From contig JADFSL010000003.1 in the NCBI GenBank assembly GCA_022560785.1, forward strand, positions 6,738-30,737: a stretch of 24,000 nucleotides of DNA, given 5' to 3'. This document shows, piece by piece, positions 22,486-24,000 of the stretch (its first letter is position 1; the number at the start of each line of letters is the position of its first letter). The DNA is from Patescibacteria group bacterium. Its GTDB lineage: Bacteria; Patescibacteriota; Minisyncoccia; Phycocordibacterales; JADFSL01. The position numbers were made by a program, and so were the translations under genes. Below the pieces are notes generated by a model, which saw only the letters and a list, made by a program, of their open reading frames with translations, did no database searches and was not told where the DNA came from.

Positions 22486-22496
22486 ATATAAAAAAT

Positions 22497-23129
22497 ATGG
22501 ATGAACTAACACCAAAGAATGAATACGAAGAAAGAAAAAGAGCAAAACAAGAAATGCGAGACAGTTCGCATAAGTCTGCACAAAAAGCTCAATCTACCAA
22601 ATCATTTATTGGATATTTTATTCTTGTTCTTATTCTTTTTGCTCTGGGGTATTGGTTTTTCGTATCGGTTAGAAATGAATTGCCCAAAAGCGAAGACTTC
22701 AGTGTGGTATTTGACGATCAAGGCAGAAATCATATTAAAGAAGGCGACGAACATCCGCCATACAATTCAAACCCACCTTCTTCAGGGTGGCACTACGCAA
22801 ACCCCGCTCTCATTGGGTTTTATGATCGTGATGAGGCATTATTTGACGAACAAGTAATACATAATCTTGAACACGGCGATATTTGGATTGCGTACCACCC
22901 ACGAATTTCGGACTCTATTCTTGAAGAGTTGGAAACATTTGATGAAGCAAAAGTCATAATCACGCCGCGGCAGTCAAACGATACCGATATAGCCCTCGTT
23001 GCATGGAGGAGGATAGACAGCTTCGATATTGAAAACGATATGTTGGATAATCAAAGAATACAAGATTTTATTAGCAGGTATAAAAATAGGGGACCGGAAA
23101 GAATTTCAGGACCAAGTCCGCAACGGTAA
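22497..23129 (+). CDS. DUF3105 domain-containing protein, membrane-anchored
   Basis: TM FIGYFILVLILFALGYWFFV, plus the PPSSGWHY and NLEHGDIWIAYHP motifs. Confidence 0.75.
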   Translation: MDELTPKNEYEERKRAKQEMRDSSHKSAQKAQSTKSFIGYFILVLILFALGYWFFVSVRNELPKSEDFSVVFDDQGRNHIKEGDEHPPYNSNPPSSGWHYANPALIGFYDRDEALFDEQVIHNLEHGDIWIAYHPRISDSILEELETFDEAKVIITPRQSNDTDIALVAWRRIDSFDIENDMLDNQRIQDFISRYKNRGPERISGPSPQR

Positions 23130-23133
23130 ACGT

Positions 23134-23844
23134 ATGGAAGAGAAGGACAATAAGTATTCAATTCCAATTCCAATTGCTATTGTTATCGCAGGAGTAGTTG
23201 TAGCTGGAGCTGTCATATACAGCGGGTGGAGTGCTGGTGGTGCAGTCCCGCGTAGCGAGAATAGTTCATTCGGCAATAATCTTTCACCGACCGCAGAAAA
23301 TATTCGTCCCGTTGATGAAAACGACCATATTTTTGGTAATAAAAATGCTTTAGTTTCAATTGTGGAATATTCAGATTTTGAATGCGCGTTCTGTAAGCGT
23401 TTTCATCCAACTCTTACGCGTATAATTGAAGAATATCCTAATGAAATAAAATGGGTATACCGACATTTCCCCCTTACTTCTATACATTCTCATGCGTTTC
23501 TTGCCGGCATGGCTTCAGAGTGTGCAGCCCAGCTTGGTGGGAATGATATATTTTGGCAGTTCACAGAAGAACTTTTTGATAATCAGAGCAGGTTAGGAAC
23601 TGATTTGTACAAAGAACTTGCCAGTACTCTCGGATTACCACAAGTGGCATTTTCAGAGTGTCTTGAATCGGAACGGCACAGAGATAAAGTTCAAGCAGAC
23701 CTTCGAAACGCAATTGATTCCGGTGGTCGCGGTACTCCGTTTACGATAGTGATAAATAAAGACGGAGAAGTATTTCCATTCAGTGGAGCGCTTCCATATG
23801 AACAAGTCAAAACCATTATTGAGAAGGCTCTTGCTAGTCAATAA
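23134..23844 (+). CDS. DsbA-family thiol:disulfide oxidoreductase, membrane-anchored
   Basis: ATG at 23134 (MEEKDNKYSIPIPIAIVIAGVVVAGAV). CxxC active site SDFECAFCKRFHP. GTPFTIVINKDG near the C-terminus. Confidence 0.85.
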   Translation: MEEKDNKYSIPIPIAIVIAGVVVAGAVIYSGWSAGGAVPRSENSSFGNNLSPTAENIRPVDENDHIFGNKNALVSIVEYSDFECAFCKRFHPTLTRIIEEYPNEIKWVYRHFPLTSIHSHAFLAGMASECAAQLGGNDIFWQFTEELFDNQSRLGTDLYKELASTLGLPQVAFSECLESERHRDKVQADLRNAIDSGGRGTPFTIVINKDGEVFPFSGALPYEQVKTIIEKALASQ

Positions 23845-23850
23845 CGAAAT

Positions 23851-24000
23851 ATGATAAACAAGACATTCATCACAATTATTATACTCGCTGTTGTCGCCGT
23901 GGTAGGGGTGATGATATTTTCAAGTGGTGATTCAAAAGAATCTAATACAACCTTTGATACCGTTCCAGATTGTATTCTTATGGACTATGAAGAAAACGAA
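23851..24000 (+). CDS. Membrane-anchored protein, 3' end outside the window (possibly a thioredoxin-like/TlpA-type redoxin)
   Basis: ATG at 23851. MINKTFITIIILAVVAVVGVMIF anchor. Only 50 codons are visible, so the family assignment is a guess from context. Confidence 0.4.
   Translation, partial: MINKTFITIIILAVVAVVGVMIFSSGDSKESNTTFDTVPDCILMDYEENE

Noticed and set aside
23029-23133. N-terminal 35-codon extension of the DsbA-like ORF overlapping the DUF3105 gene
   Set aside because: The extension overlaps the upstream gene by 100 nt and lacks anchor or signal features. ATG 23134 directly precedes the membrane anchor and follows the upstream stop by 4 nt.

Overview
AT-rich bacterial chromosomal window (GC judged by eye, not computed). 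It is densely coded with about 35 CDS and 5 tRNA genes, none with an encoded CCA. There is no rRNA, no CRISPR array and no transposase or integrase gene. Several traits suggest a Candidate Phyla Radiation / Patescibacteria-type genome, but this is inference only. These traits are a DUF5652-like mini membrane protein, a DUF5667-type anti-sigma-like protein, a compact pilMNO set and mostly Shine-Dalgarno-free starts. Recognisable genes: SDR (partial), TolB-like beta-propeller, TPR protein, ruvX, YqaA/DedA, pilM/N/O, acyP-uppS-RluA synthase-rplS, CDF exporter, PduO-type adenosyltransferase, ZIP transporter-ECF sigma-anti-sigma/FN3 protein, dual-specificity phosphatase, and ArsR-DUF3179-DUF3105-DsbA. 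The most unusual signal is non-coding and sits next to tRNA genes. tRNA-Leu(GAG) and tRNA-His(GUG) are each followed by an ORF-poor element of about 180-200 nt. Each element has (i) an AT-rich hairpin, (ii) a segment reverse-complementary to that tRNA's own T-arm, (iii) a core shared between the two loci with compensatory base changes in hairpins, and (iv) a perfect 16-17 nt direct repeat of that tRNA's own 3' end. The repeat starts exactly at T-loop position 60 in both. tRNA-Arg(UCU) carries two decayed copies of this arrangement. tRNA-Val(UAC) carries an inverted T-loop copy downstream and a 22-nt duplication of its 5' end upstream. I cannot assign these to any known RNA or mobile-element family from memory. 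They could be miniature tRNA-targeting integrative elements or a tRNA-linked structured RNA. Secondary observations: many operon-first genes look leaderless (-10 box 6-10 nt from the start codon); two GC-richer genes have strong SD sites and may be acquired; a perfect 24-bp ArsR/SmtB-type operator precedes a DUF-rich thiol-redox cluster.
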